Positions 27,401-40,854 of a DNA stretch of 64,000 bases are shown here, piece after piece. A program made the translations under genes and the position numbers. How positions within the stretch are numbered: position 1 is the stretch's first letter; the number at the start of each line of letters is the position of its first letter. The stretch comes from Octopus vulgaris (lineage: Eukaryota), in the NCBI GenBank assembly GCA_951406725.2, contig OX597824.1, forward strand, positions 83,886,001 to 83,950,000. Reading direction: 5' to 3'. The notes beneath the pieces are model-generated. The model did not search any database, was not told where the DNA came from, and was given only the letters and a program-made list of their open reading frames with translations.

Positions 27401-28447
27401 TCTACCAAATCCACTCACAAGGCTTTATAGATGTATATATATATATATATATCATCATCATCATCATCATCATTTAGCGTCCGTTTTCCATGCTAGCATG
27501 GGTTGGACAGTTTAACTGGGGTCTGTGAAGCCGGAAGGCTTCATCAGGCCCAGTCAGATTTGGCAGTGTTTCTACGGCTGGATGCTCTTCTTAACGCCAA
27601 CCACTCCATGAGTGTAGTGGGTATATATATATATACATATGTATGTTTATATGTACATATGTATATTTGTTTGTACTTGTGTTTGTCCCTGACCTCAATT
27701 TGACAACTGGTATTGGTTTGTTTACATCCCAGTAACTTAGCAGTTCAGTAAAAAGAGGCCGATAGAGTAAGTACTTGGCTTAAAATTAAGTACTAGGGTT
27801 GATTCACTCGGCTAAAGTCCTTCAAGGCAATGCCCCAGCATGGCCATGGCACAAAGACTGAAACAATGAAGGTAACAGGTATCATTTCTTCCTTCCATGA
27901 CTATGATGTTAATCTTTGTGGAATTCTTTGAGTATGGTGCCTTTCCGAATGTGAAGATACAAGGAAGATTGTATATTGAACCAATTTAAACAGTTCAATA
28001 TATGCTGACCAACTCAAGATAATCAATACAAATATTTTATAAAAAAGACGAAAATGAAAGAATAAGAACAATTAATTTCCCAATTTATTCGAAATCCAAT
28101 TAAAAGTTTTATTTTTTTAAATTTAAGTTCATGGAACTAAAATAATTAATTTGATTATGATCTGTTAGATGTGCTGTAGTATCTTGCTAGAAAGGTGACG
28201 CACGAGCAAGCAGGTGAACAGACAGTGGATGAAAAGTGCGGGGTGAGAATGCATTGACATGGGAGGGAAGTGAGGAAAACTGGGGTTGGCGTGGGGAGGA
28301 TGTGGGATTGGTGAGATTAGATCTCAGGTCGCCACAGATGAGGAGATGTGGAATAGAAATATTTTTTTCTTATTTCCACCAGTAGAACTGTCCAACCTAC
28401 TTTGGTAAGGAGGAACACAAAGATGTCAAGTACTGTGGTGCTAGTTT

Positions 28448-28895
28448 GGTGATGACAATGATGATGGTAAGGATGTTGATGATGATGATGATGATGATGG
28501 TAATCATGATGACGATAATGATGATGACGATGATGGTAAGGATGTTGATGATGATGATGACGATGACGAAGATGGTAAGGATGTTGATGATGATGATGAC
28601 GATGACTAAGATGGTAAGGATGTTGATGATGATGATGACGATGACGAAGATGGTAAGGATGTTGATGATGACGACAACGACGAAGATGGTAAGGATGTTG
28701 ATGATGACAACAATGACAATGATGATGACAATGGACGAGGGTTAGGATGTTGATGATAAAGGTAACAATGACGATGATGGTAAGGATGTTGATGGTGACG
28801 ACAAAGATGGTAAGGATATGATGATGATAATGATGATGATAATGATGATGACAATGGACGAGGGTAAGGATGTTGATGATGATGATGATGACAAT
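28448..28895. repeat. ~33-bp higher-order repeat built on (GAT)n
   Basis: Unit GATGGTAAGGATGTTGATGATGATGATGACGATGAC with variants. Confidence 0.85.
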
Positions 28896-29111
28896 CACAA
28901 TAACTATGGTTCAAATTATGATGTTGTTTAACTACAAGACAGTTGTTATCTTGCTGACCTAAGATCCAAGATGTTCCTATATTAACAAGCAAACTCCATT
29001 TCCCCTGATGATATAGTATATACATATATCACACATTCTGATTAAATCTTCTTTGTGTCAGCATGTATCTCCTTGCAACGATGTAACCATTAATCTAATC
29101 AAGGTATTCTT

Positions 29112-29194
29112 GGCCTGAAGAGTAGTCAGCAGTATACACCTCACACGGATATTATCACTTCCGAGGTTCCACTTGCTATGAAACATATGTAACC
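29112..29194 (+). ncRNA. Hammerhead-like motif with long stem-II insert (family 2, copy 1)
   Basis: GGC-CTGAAGA-GTAGT...GCTAT-GAAAC-ATAT-GTA-ACC. Intact core, palindromic stem III ACATATGT, weak stem I. Confidence 0.6.
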
Positions 29195-29926
29195 TGAATT
29201 TTTCCTGCTCAATTCCATAACTCTTGTATGTATATACTCTGCTCTCTTTTACTCTTTTACTTGTTTCAGTCATTTGACTGTGGCCATGCTGGGGCACCGC
29301 CTTTAGTCGAGCAAATAGACCCCAGAACTTATTTTTTGTAAGCCTAGTACTTATTCTATTGGTCTCTTTTGCTGAACCGCTAAGTTACGAGGACGTAAAC
29401 ACCCCAGCATTGGTTGCCAAGCAATGTTGGGGGACAAACACAGACACACAAATATATACACACACATAAATATATATATATATATATAACTTACAAAATA
29501 AGGGCAAAAGAAAAATTCCAATGCCAAATATGCAGAAAAAGACAAAATTGTCAATAACCATTATAATTTATGTCTCGAAACAAATCGATAGAAATTTCTA
29601 AAAAATCCGTTATTACCATGTTGGTCCCAATTTCGGGGTTAATTCATAAGAATTTTCCCCTCTTCTTATGAATTAACCCTGAAATTGGGACCAATAACAG
29701 TAATAATGGATTTTTTAGAAATTTCTATCGGTTTGTTTCGAGACACATAAATTATAATGGTTATTGACAATTTTGTCTCTTTTTCGGCATATTTGGCATT
29801 AGAATTTTTCTTTTGCCCTTATTTTGTAAGTTATTTATAAATTTAACCTTTAAAGGTATTTTTTGATATGCTGGCCATTGATAAAATTTTTTTTCGAAAA
29901 AAAAAAAAATTTTATCCTACATTAGT

Positions 29927-29958
<32 letters not shown>

Positions 29959-30688
29959 TATGACGGGCTTCTTTCAGTATCCGTCTACCAAATCCACTCA
30001 CAAGGGTTTGGTTGGCCCGAGGCTATAGTAGAAGACACTTGCCCAAGGTGTCATGCAGTGGGACTGAACCCAGAACCATGTGGTTGGTAAGCAAGCTTCT
30101 TACCACATAGCCACTCCAGCGCCTATATATTTATTTATTCATATGATGATTGCTTCCTCTTGTCTGATGATAGTTGTCTTGTAGTTATCTTGATTGTCTA
30201 TTGTAATTTATTTTCATATTTGCATAGAATTTTATTAAATACAAAGCAGACCAAGAAATTAAAAGATAGTGAGATGTTTGTACGTCAATGGATTTAATTG
30301 ACAAAAGCTTGTACAACACTTTTGACACTCTCTTGGTTGCCATACGAGGCACCAGTGAAAGAAATCTAAAATGACTGGTGCTATTTTGACTGCATGGCTG
30401 TGCAGTAACAAGTTTACTTCCCAACCACATGGATCTAGGTTCTGTCCCACTGCATGGCACCTTGGGCAAGTGTCTTCTACTTTAAACCTGGGTTGACCAA
30501 AGCCAGGTGAGTGGATTTTGCAGAGAGAAACTGAAAGAATTCCTTTGTGTATGTGTGTCTGTGTTGGTGTTTCTTCCCAGCAGTTTGGCAAAAGACTGAC
30601 AGAATAAGTACAAGGCTTGGGTTGATTTTCACAGATAAACCATTCAAGCTGGTGCCCCAGTATGGCCACAAAGTGCAACAAATAAAAG

Positions 30689-30730
<42 letters not shown>

Positions 30731-31233
30731 CATAGAGAGAGAGAGAGTAGATATATAGATAGATAGGTATAGATATTAAGGCAGCAAGCTGGCAGAAACT
30801 TTAGCATGCCGGGCGAAATGCTTTGCGGTATTTCATCTGCCGCTACGTTCTTAGTTCAAATTCCGCCAAGGTCACCTTTGCCTTTCATCCTTTCGGGATC
30901 AATTAAATAAATACCAGTTACGCATTGGGGTCAATATAATCAACTTAATCCATTTGTCCTTGTTTGTGTCCTCTATGTTTAGCCCCTTGTGGGCAATAAA
31001 TAAATAAGATAGATACAGATAGGTAGATACATACATACCTACATACATACATGCATACTCATCCTTATATGATGCTTGTATGTATGCATATCAGCAGAGA
31101 AAGCAGACAGCTAGCATTGTTGATGGTGGTGGTGGTGGTGGTGGTAGCATTGCTGGTGGTGATGGTGGTGACTGATCCTGTAATGTGTTTACAGTGTTCC
31201 GAGATTCATCATTGCAGTGGAGCAGATGTTTAC

Positions 31234-31255
31234 CAAAATGAACACTGTCGTGGTG
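31234..31255 (-). CDS. Candidate nested micro-exon (22 nt)
   Basis: Minus strand tgttgttattgctgacag|CACCACGACAGTGTTCATTTTG|gtaaac in a unique island between microsatellites; restores phase between its neighbours. Confidence 0.4.
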
Positions 31256-31655
31256 CTGTCAGCAATAACAACATACAAATATAGTGGCAAATCATCTATG
31301 CTATGATATCATATTTCATAAAGCTGTTAAACATCATCATCATCATCATCATCAGTATCTCCGTCATCACTTTGATCGTCATCAGCATCAACACCATCAT
31401 CACTATCGTTGTTCTCGTTATCATTATCATCTCCACAATCGTCATCACCAGTGACGTTATCTTCACCAACCACGCCATCATTTTCGTTATCTTTACTATC
31501 ATCATCGTAATCGTTGTCACCATACATCACTTTTATCATCATCATCCCCGTCATCATCATCATCATCATCATCATCAATAACATCATAATTTTCATCATC
31601 ATTATCACCATTTCAATCATCATCGCTATCTTCACCACCAAAACTAACATCATCG

Positions 31656-31691
<36 letters not shown>

Positions 31692-32062
31692 AGTTATCAT
31701 CGTCATCATCACTGCCATCAACACCATTCTGTCCATCATCCTCATCGTTTTCACCATCATCACCGTTAACCACCATCACTATTGTTAATCTCCATCACCA
31801 ATGTCACAGTCAATCATTAATCACTGTGTTCATTATTATTGCCATAATAATAACGGCTTGTCAGCTGTCAGCATTTTTTGTTGTTGCTGTTGCTGTTACG
31901 ATCTCCTTCAGCCTTGCCTTGCACCCCGTTTCCCCCTTCTGCTTATCCTCCACTTTTTCATCGTCATCAATGTTTTCCTCTTGAGCATCATCATTGTGAT
32001 TGTTGTGATCATCATTATTATGAGGATTGTAAAACCTTTTGGTTTATGTAGACTTTCATATA

Positions 32063-32104
<42 letters not shown>

Positions 32105-32807
32105 CGCAGGAGTGGCTGTGGGGTAAGTAGCTTGCCAACCAACCACATGATTCCGGGTTCAGTCCCACTGCGTGGCATCTTGGGCAAGTGTCTTCTGCTA
32201 TAGCCCCGGGCCGATTAATGCCTTGTGAGTGGATTTGGTAGAAGGAAACTGAAAGAAGTCTGTCGTATATATGTATATGTATATATATGTGTGTGTGTGT
32301 TTGTCCCCCTAGCATTGCTTCACAGCCGATGCTGGTGTGTTTACGTCCCCGTCACTTAGCGGTTCGTTGAAAGAGACCGATACTGAGCTTACAAAGAATA
32401 AGTCCCGGGGTCGATTTGCTCGACTCAAGGCGGTGCTCCAGCATGGCCGCAGTCAAATGACTGAAACAAGTAAAAGTGTAAAAGTGTAAAGTGTGTATAT
32501 ATATATACATGCATATGCACATCATCATCACTATCACCATCGTCATCGTCATCATCATCATCATCATCATCATTTAATGTCCGTTGTCCATGCTTGCATA
32601 GGTTTGATGGTAAGCTGAGGGGCTGCACCAGGCTCCAGTCTGATTTGGCATGGTTTCTATGGCTGGATGCCCTACCTAAAACCAATCATTTTACAGTGTG
32701 CTGGGTACATTTAGGTGGCACCACATGACTGCTTTTACGTGGCACTGGCACAAGTGCCTTTTATGTGTGAGTGTTTGTGTGTATATATGTATGTATATAT
32801 ATTTATA

Positions 32808-32855
<48 letters not shown>

Positions 32856-34442
32856 GGTGTGTGTGTGTGTGTATGAGTATGTATGTGTGTGTGTATATAT
32901 ATGTGTGTCTGAATATATTTATATGTGGTTATGTGGTAAGAAGCTTGCTTCCCAACCACATGGTTCCAGGTTCAGTCCCACTGCATGGCACTTTGGGCAA
33001 GTGTCTTCTAATAGAGCCACAGGTTGACCAAAGCTTTGTGATGGGATTTGGTAGACAGAAACTGAATGAAGCATGTATGTATTTCTGTGTCTGTGTTTGT
33101 CCCTTCCCCACCATCATGATGTTGGTGTATTTACTCCCCGTAACTTAGCAGTTTGGCAAAAGAGACCAATAGAATAAGTACTAGGCTTACAAAGAATAAG
33201 TGCTGGGAGACAATACTTCAGCATGGCCACAGTCAAATGACTGAAACAAGTAAAATAAAAAAATACTATATATATATATATAAAATAAATATAAAAAATG
33301 GCACAAAAATGCAATAGTGGACCATAAAACATTCTGAAAGATAGACGATACAAAGGCGGACAGGAGAAACAACAATTAGAAGGACAGACAAAAAAAAAAA
33401 GATATGTCATTCATGCCCTTCTTTCCTCAGTCAAGTTACCAGAAGTCCTTACTGTTTCGGGCAGTTACACTTGAGACAATTCGATCTGGTTGCCCCCAAA
33501 AATGTCTAAGCTAAGAGCATTAGATTTTTTATGTAAGAAAGCTAGCAAATGTGTACGGCAACTAAGACAAAAACTAAAGAACATGGTACAAAATTACAAA
33601 TACAAACAAGAAATAACAACAGGTGTTTTTCGACTGAGAATGAATCAAATTGAGCTGGTGTGTATGAAGCGAAAGCCTAAAGGCAGGAACATAGGAGATG
33701 GATGTAAGAGGTGTTGGCAGTCAGGTCAAGAAAGAAAGATCGTGGCTACACACACACACACACATACACACACACACACACATATATATATATACATACA
33801 TACATACACACACGTACACATCACCACTATCTCTCTTGTAATCTTGCTCTCTCCCTCCGACTGGGATAACCATGTTATCCCTGTCACCAACATTACTCGT
33901 TTCCAATCAAAGTATTTGTGCCTCTGGTCTTTTGCCCAACATTCTCTGCAGTTGTATGAGAAGGACTTTTTTTTAACAGCAGGTATAGACATTAGTACCA
34001 CCTGATCAGTGTTACCATTTCATAATTAAAGTGCAGTGCACTAAAAATTTCAAGACATGCATACATGGACACACATACAAACACAAACACATATACATGA
34101 ATATTTTACAAGTAGGCCTATATTCAGTTTCCATTTACCATTTCCATTTACCAGGCATTAGTCAGCCCAAGGTTATAGCAGATGACATTTCACCATGCTG
34201 CTATGATGTGAAAAGAAACCTGCAAGTCAGAGGTTGCAAAATTAACTTCTTAGTACTGTCAGGCATGTGCCTACACACACACACACGCACATACACGTGC
34301 ATATATTGTGTGTGTGTGTGTGTATGTGAGTATATATGTGTCTATATATTTCTGTGTGTGAGTATATATATATATATATATGAGTATATATGTGGTAAAT
34401 GAAAGACAGAAGATGGAATATACGAGAATTTCTATTATTAAT

Positions 34443-34544
34443 CTCGACAGTTGTTTCAATACATCCAGCATTGATCCCTCATGGGTGGGACACTCAACAA
34501 CTGGTTCAGGAGCATCCGGCGGTGCAGATGTATCTCATCGAGTG
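34443..34544 (-). ncRNA. Hammerhead-like motif with long stem-II insert (family 1, copy 2)
   Basis: Minus strand CAC-TCGATGA-GATACATCT...GGATGTATT-GAAAC-AACT-GTC-GAG. Homologous to 15175-15330 over about 150 bp. Confidence 0.55.
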
Positions 34545-34602
34545 ATAAATAGATACAATTTGTTAAAATATATATGTATATATGTATGTATGTGTGTGTG
34601 TG

Positions 34603-34694
<92 letters not shown>

Positions 34695-34765
34695 TATGTG
34701 TGTATGTATATATATACATACATATATATGAGTGTGTGTGTGTTCATATATATAATGTATGTATG

Positions 34766-34814
<49 letters not shown>

Positions 34815-34931
34815 TTTATGTGTATATTTATATACACACATAACATAATGTGCATATGTTTATATACATGTATATATATAATGTATGTATATATCTATCT
34901 GCTTACCTATCTATCTATATATATTTGTGTG

Positions 34932-34963
<32 letters not shown>

Positions 34964-35238
34964 CATACATATATAAACATATACGTATATTTATACATAC
35001 ATATATATATGTATATATGTATACATACATATGTGTGTGTATGTGCATTTATACGTATGTGTGTGTGCTTATATATAAGTAAATATATATGAATGCTTGT
35101 TTGTATGAACGTGTGAATGAATGAATATATGTATGTATATACGCACATACACACATATATATTTAGTTTATTGCTGACTAGTCTATTAATCTTGTTTCAA
35201 GTCTTTGTGCCTGGTGTTCACAGCTAGTAACTACATAC

Positions 35239-35267
35239 AGTGTGAAAGCTAAATATATATCTTTTCC
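35239..35267 (-). CDS. Candidate nested micro-exon (29 nt)
   Basis: About 55-nt polypyrimidine tract ending cctcctctag|GGAAAAGATATATATTTAGCTTTCACACT|gtatgt. Confidence 0.5.
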
Positions 35268-35879
35268 CTAGAGGAGGAAATAGGGAAGTAGAAAGAAAGA
35301 AAAAAAGAAACAAACAAACAAGCAAGAAAATATAGATGGAGAAGGTGAAGAAATGATGGTTGGTGAAAAGGTGACAAAAATAAGTGGTACATAGAATGTT
35401 AAACAGTGCAAAGGAAAGTCGGGAAAGGTGAACAAAGTGAAAGAGAATAGAGCATAAATGCAAGCTGGCCATATTTATAGATAACTTTGATGTTGTATAT
35501 GTGCTGGAATGTAGGGTGAAGTACAGAAGTAGGTTCTGGCTTTGACCAAACGGTTGTCTTGTGGCTTCCTCAACACAAAACCCAATTTGTATTTGTATTC
35601 AATTAAACCAATCTGTGTATTGTTTAAACCTATATAGCTTGACTGATAACCTATGAATGTAACCAGAGAAATTATACACTTTAGCGTTCTTAAAAAGAGC
35701 AGTGTCCAAAATGAAATTATATGGCAACGCTTTGAAATGAAATTGTTGAGTATGAAAATATGAAAATGAATTGAGAAATGTTGAAGATATTGACTTGCTT
35801 AACTTGTAATTTGATACATAAGGAAACCAGTATTCAAAATGGCCAGCTACAGCTACACAGTTGAATCACATGCATGTAT

Positions 35880-36252
35880 GGAAGCACTCCGTCGGTTACG
35901 ACGACGAGGGTTCCGGTTGATCCGATCAACGGAACAGCCTGCTCGTGAAATTAACGTGTAAGTGGCTGAGCACTCCACAGACACGTGTACCCTTAACGTA
36001 GTTCTCGGGGATATTCAGCGTGACACAGAGAGTGACAAGGCCGGCCCTTTGAAATACAGGTACAACAGAAACAGGAAGTAAGAGTGAGAGAAAGTTGTGG
36101 TGAAAGAGTACAGCAGGGATCACCACCATCCCTGCCGGAGCCTCGTGGAGCTTTTTAGGTGTTTTCACTCAATAAACACTTACAACGCCCGGTCTGGGAA
36201 TCGAAACCGCGATCCTACGACCGCGAGTCCGCTGCCCTAACCACTGGGCCAT
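35880..36252 (-). mobile_element. tRNA-derived SINE family C
   Basis: Minus-strand head TGGCCCAGTGGTTAGGGCAGCGGACTCGCGGTCGTAGGATCGCGGTTTCGATTCCC. Relatives at 3530-3848(+), 7360-7605(-) and 43358-43652(-, TSD TATACAATATT). Confidence 0.8.
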
Positions 36253-36291
36253 ACGCACATACGCACACAGACATGTATGGACCTTATACTT

Positions 36292-36745
36292 CATCATCAT
36301 CATCGTTTAACGTCTGCTTTCCATGCTAGCATGGGTTGGATGATTTGACTGAGGGCTGGTGAACCAGATGGCTGCACCAAGCTCCAATCTTGATCTGGCA
36401 GAGTTTCTACAGCTGGATGCCCTTCCTAACGCCAACCATTCCGAGAATGTAGTGGGTGCTTTTTACGTGCCACCGACATGGGGGCCAGTCAGGTGGTACT
36501 GGCAATGGGCACGCTCAAATGGTGTTTTTTACATGACACCTGCACAGGAGCCAGTCCAGCAGCACTGGCAATGACTTCGCTCGAATGTTTTTTCACGTGC
36601 CAGTATGGCAACGCTGGCAACAATCACGCTCGAATGGTGCTTTTTACGTGCCACCGGCACAGAAGCCAGTTAGTTGCTCTGGCAACGATCAGGCTCAGAT
36701 AGTGCTCCACTAGCATGGATGCCAGTCATTGAATTTGATTTCGGT
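36292..36745 (-). mobile_element. Non-autonomous RTE-related retroelement with (GAT)n tail (family D)
   Basis: Minus strand GGTTGGCGTTAGGAAGGGCATCCAGCTGTAGAAA ... GACGTTAAACGATGATG. Copies near 5760-5910, 17460-17722, 17740-18060, 22000-22172, 27452-27622, 32560-32760 and 48280-48440. The RTE relationship is from recall. Confidence 0.7.
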
Positions 36746-36850
36746 CTGTATATAATATTTATAGTGTGTGTGCATTTCATGAGCAGAGAGAGAAGAGGAG
36801 GGTACTGTACATATATGTATATACGTGTGTGTGTGAATATATACATATAT

Positions 36851-36882
<32 letters not shown>

Positions 36883-37114
36883 GTATGTATATGAGTATAT
36901 AAAATGAGACAGGGGTTGAAAATTCACACCCACACATGGGATAATATATATCCATATATATGTAGATAGGTACCCAATCAAAATTAATACATAGATGTTA
37001 ACAATATGTTCAAGCAATCAGTTCATCTATTTTCTAAATAAAGTAAAGGTAATATTGAAAGTATGTTTCTCCATTCTCTAATGATTTCCTGGTACTGTAC
37101 TGATGAGTACATAC

Positions 37115-37127
37115 GTGTTTTTTCTGA
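37115..37127 (-). CDS. Candidate nested micro-exon (9 nt, 37115-37123, or 13 nt, 37115-37127)
   Basis: Minus strand attgcttgcag|TCAG|AAAAAACAC|gtatgt, with two tandem acceptors 4 nt apart. Confidence 0.35.
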
Positions 37128-37486
37128 CTGCAAGCAATGTATTCATTACAAAATTTGCTTTCCCAAATAAAGTGCACTTCACTACTCAAAACTGTGGTGG
37201 AAGCTACATAGAATGATATCCTGGTACTCAACTGAATATATATATCCACCACGTGTTATAGCAGAAACAACTGTATATATATATGATAGTTCATTATATA
37301 ACATTTGCTTTTTCCAGTGTATATATATATATATATATATATACTATATATATACACTATGCTCTGGAGTACATATATTGAGCTCTACACCAGGTTATTA
37401 TATATACTATGCCTACATGATATATATATATATATATATGTATGTATATATATGTATATATATGTATATATATATATATATGTGTA

Positions 37487-37542
<56 letters not shown>

Positions 37543-37815
37543 CATACACACACACACTTATATATATATATAAAATGAAAGAGAGAGAGAGAGAGAAATT
37601 GTGTTATTGATCCTAACAAGTGAAGGAAGGGAAGAAATGGAGTTTGAAATGCACTAAGAATGTACTAGAATTAGAATTAATGATATATGTATAGGCTGTT
37701 TGAAGTGGTGTACAGATTTTATACTTTAAGAAGGAGTAGGTAGTCAGAATTTTGGATAATTATATATTTAGCACTTTCAGAGATTCATCAAGAATGATTT
37801 GCATTTCAGAGATTA

Positions 37816-37868
<53 letters not shown>

Positions 37869-37970
37869 GTGTGTGTGTATACGCATGTATATACATATAT
37901 ATATACACATTATATGTATATGTATATATATATGCATATATACATACCTATATGTACATACATCTATATA

Positions 37971-38475
37971 TCTATATATATAAAACTCTAGTTGTGTGAG
38001 TGTCTGTCCCCTTCGATTTAGATTCCTAACTCCTCCCACATTTTGCGGTGCAGTTTAACCAAATTCGGGTATCTTATAGTCGTGATTCATATCAAGCCCG
38101 TCTGACTATTAGCGGCGTCAACGATGAGTCTACGATTTTAAAAATAATTTAACATCATTTTTTATTCCATTTTAATGCATAAAATGCATCGTGTGTCGAT
38201 GGCGGCGGAGTTGGCGTCCACGCTCACAGCTGCACCTGTTTGCTTCTCCCCCTTCTTCCTCCCTCGTGAAGCTGTGGGGAAGGGAGTGTAAAGAAATCAA
38301 TGTCGTAATGCGTTGTGAAGGAGACCAGCGTTCTTTTAGAACAACGACTTCATGGCTTGAAGACACCAAAACAAAAATGGCTAAGAAAGCCCGAATTTAT
38401 AAGGAAGTAACTCTCTAAATGCTTATATAGTTATTTCCCTTACAAACCCGAGCATACGCCGGGCGATACTGCTAG
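37971..38475 (+). mobile_element. Non-autonomous Helitron
   Basis: A|TCTATATATATAAAA ... CCCGAGCATACGCCGGG CGATACTGCTAG|T. Confidence 0.8.
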
Positions 38476-38492
38476 TATATATATATAATATA

Positions 38493-38555
<63 letters not shown>

Positions 38556-39384
38556 CATATATATATATAATATAAATAATATATATATACATATATATAT
38601 TATATATATACACATACATATATACATTTTATATATATAGATAAACTTACTTGGAAATGAATGCGTGGTGTTCAATCATATAATAATATCAATAAAATAT
38701 GTATATATATGCATATATACATACATATATGTACATACTTACATATATATGTATATAAATATATATTCATATATGTCCACAGGACATCACAAAACATAAA
38801 CAACATGAAATACGGAAACATGAATTACAGAATATGAAAAAAACATGAAATACAAAGGCAAACTTGGGTATACAAATGAGAGAAACAAATGGAAAACATT
38901 CACAAGGCTTTGGTCAGCCTGTAGCTATAGTAGAAGCCACTTGCCCAAGGTATCATACAGTGGGACTGAACCTGGAACCATATGGTTGCTAAACAAGCTA
39001 CTTACCACACAGCCACTCCTATATTCTTTTATTATTTTATTCCTTTACTTACTTCAGTCATTTGTCTGTAACCATTCTGGAGTACTGCCTTAAAGAATTT
39101 TTGTTGAAGAAATCAATCTCAGAATTTATTCTTTGTAAGCCTACATCTTATGATATCAGTCTCTTTTGCCAAACTGCTAATCTTCAGGAACATATACACA
39201 CCATCATTGATTGTCAAGCGATGGTAGGAGAGACAAACACTGATATACATAAATATTATATACAACAAGCTTCTTTCAGCCTCCGCCTACCAAATCGAGT
39301 CACAAGGCAGTGGGGTTGGCCTGAGGCTATAGTAGAAGACAGTTGCCCAATGTCCCACGCAGTGGGACTGAGCCTGGAACTAAA

Positions 39385-39440
<56 letters not shown>

Positions 39441-40099
39441 ATGCATGTATGTACGTACAATGGCATGGAATATTCTTTTCTAATCTAGGCACAAAGCCCA
39501 AAATTTTTGGGTAAGGAACCTGTTGATTAGATCGACCCCAGTATGCAACTGGTACTTAATTTATCAACCCTGAAAGGATGAAAGGGAAATTTTGACCTCA
39601 GTGGAATTTGAACTCAGAACATAGAGACAGACGAAATACTGCTAAGCATTTCGATCGGCGTGCTAACATTTCTGCCAGCTCGCTGCCTTCAATGGAATGG
39701 AATATTGAGTTAAAAACACCCTTGGATGGAAAAAAGTCAAAAGCTGCTGATGGGACTTGAACCCATACCTTCTGTAAACATGACAGATGTGCTGTCATGT
39801 TTACTGAAGATGTGAATGCTGATCATATGTGCAGCCTTTGCCTTTTTCCATCCAATCACTTTTCTGACCCAATATGCTACATGTTAGTTATTACTAGCTT
39901 TATTTACTTCAAGTTCTACCATTAAAAATGATTTATTTATTTACTTCATATCTCTTGAAGGTTCTCAATGTATGTGTTTATATCCATACACACACACATA
40001 TGTGTATATATACTTAGATATAGATACATATACATACATATATATATATATACACATATATGATTATATATTTATGTATATATACTTAGATATAGATAC

Positions 40100-40132
<33 letters not shown>

Positions 40133-40407
40133 GTACATGTTTTCTTGTTGTAAAAAATTTTTGGATTTTTCCTTGTGTAGCCTGTTCTGTACTTGTCGTT
40201 AAATTTTTGTTTTTCCCGTTTCTACGTCTTGTTGTGGCGTCCTGTACTTACGTATATTCATTTATATATACATATAGATGTAGGTACGTACATATATGTT
40301 TGTATGTATGCATATATTTTTAATTATCACATTATTGTCTGACAGCACCCCGCGTCAGGTTCGTTTCGATTTGTTGGTTCGTTCCACTTCTTGTCTCCAT
40401 TCAATTT

Positions 40408-40582
<175 letters not shown>

Positions 40583-40764
40583 TATACTTAGATATAGAAA
40601 CATATATGTGTGCGTGTGTGTGTGTGTAGATAAATAATATACAGATATAGACACACACAAATGAACACACGCACGTAGATCCATCTATCTGTCATTCAAC
40701 ATAGATAACTCATCTACCACACACAGCATCTTATAAATATGTGTGTGGGTTTAATGGGACTCAC

Positions 40765-40854
40765 ATAACTGTCCTCATCATCGTTTCTGCACATGTGTGT
40801 TTTTAGCAGATATGCAGAAGTTAATGTGTCTATTTGCCGTCACTGATGGACGAA
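40765..40854 (-). CDS. Candidate nested gene, start-codon exon (5'UTR plus ATG at 40794-40792, MCRNDDEDSY)
   Basis: Minus-strand acceptor gtcttttaatactag| and perfect donor TAT|gtgagt in a non-repetitive island. Read from the acceptor, all three frames hit stops; the ATG frame is open to the donor (phase 0). Confidence 0.45.

Noticed and set aside
28401-28432. Possible extra 32-nt minus-strand micro-exon (caccacag|...ACCAAA|gtaggt)
   Set aside because: Poor polypyrimidine tract and not needed for phase. It would give an alternative ending YLTSLCSSLPKTFLHNV, so it is not excluded but is unsupported.
28317-29025. His-rich, Met-rich and Ser-rich ORFs (Met-rich could suggest reflectin)
   Set aside because: Product of a (GAT)n-based minisatellite. 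No reflectin M/FD(X)5 motif composition and no splice context.
31296-32103. Asp-rich and Ile-rich ORFs
   Set aside because: Degenerate (CAT)n tract with no recognisable domain.
36180-36252. tRNA-like sequence on the minus strand
   Set aside because: It is the head of a SINE, continuing into a repeat body; no proper acceptor stem or terminator.
37100-37106. CTGATGA heptamer
   Set aside because: No stem II plus GAAA downstream; chance match.
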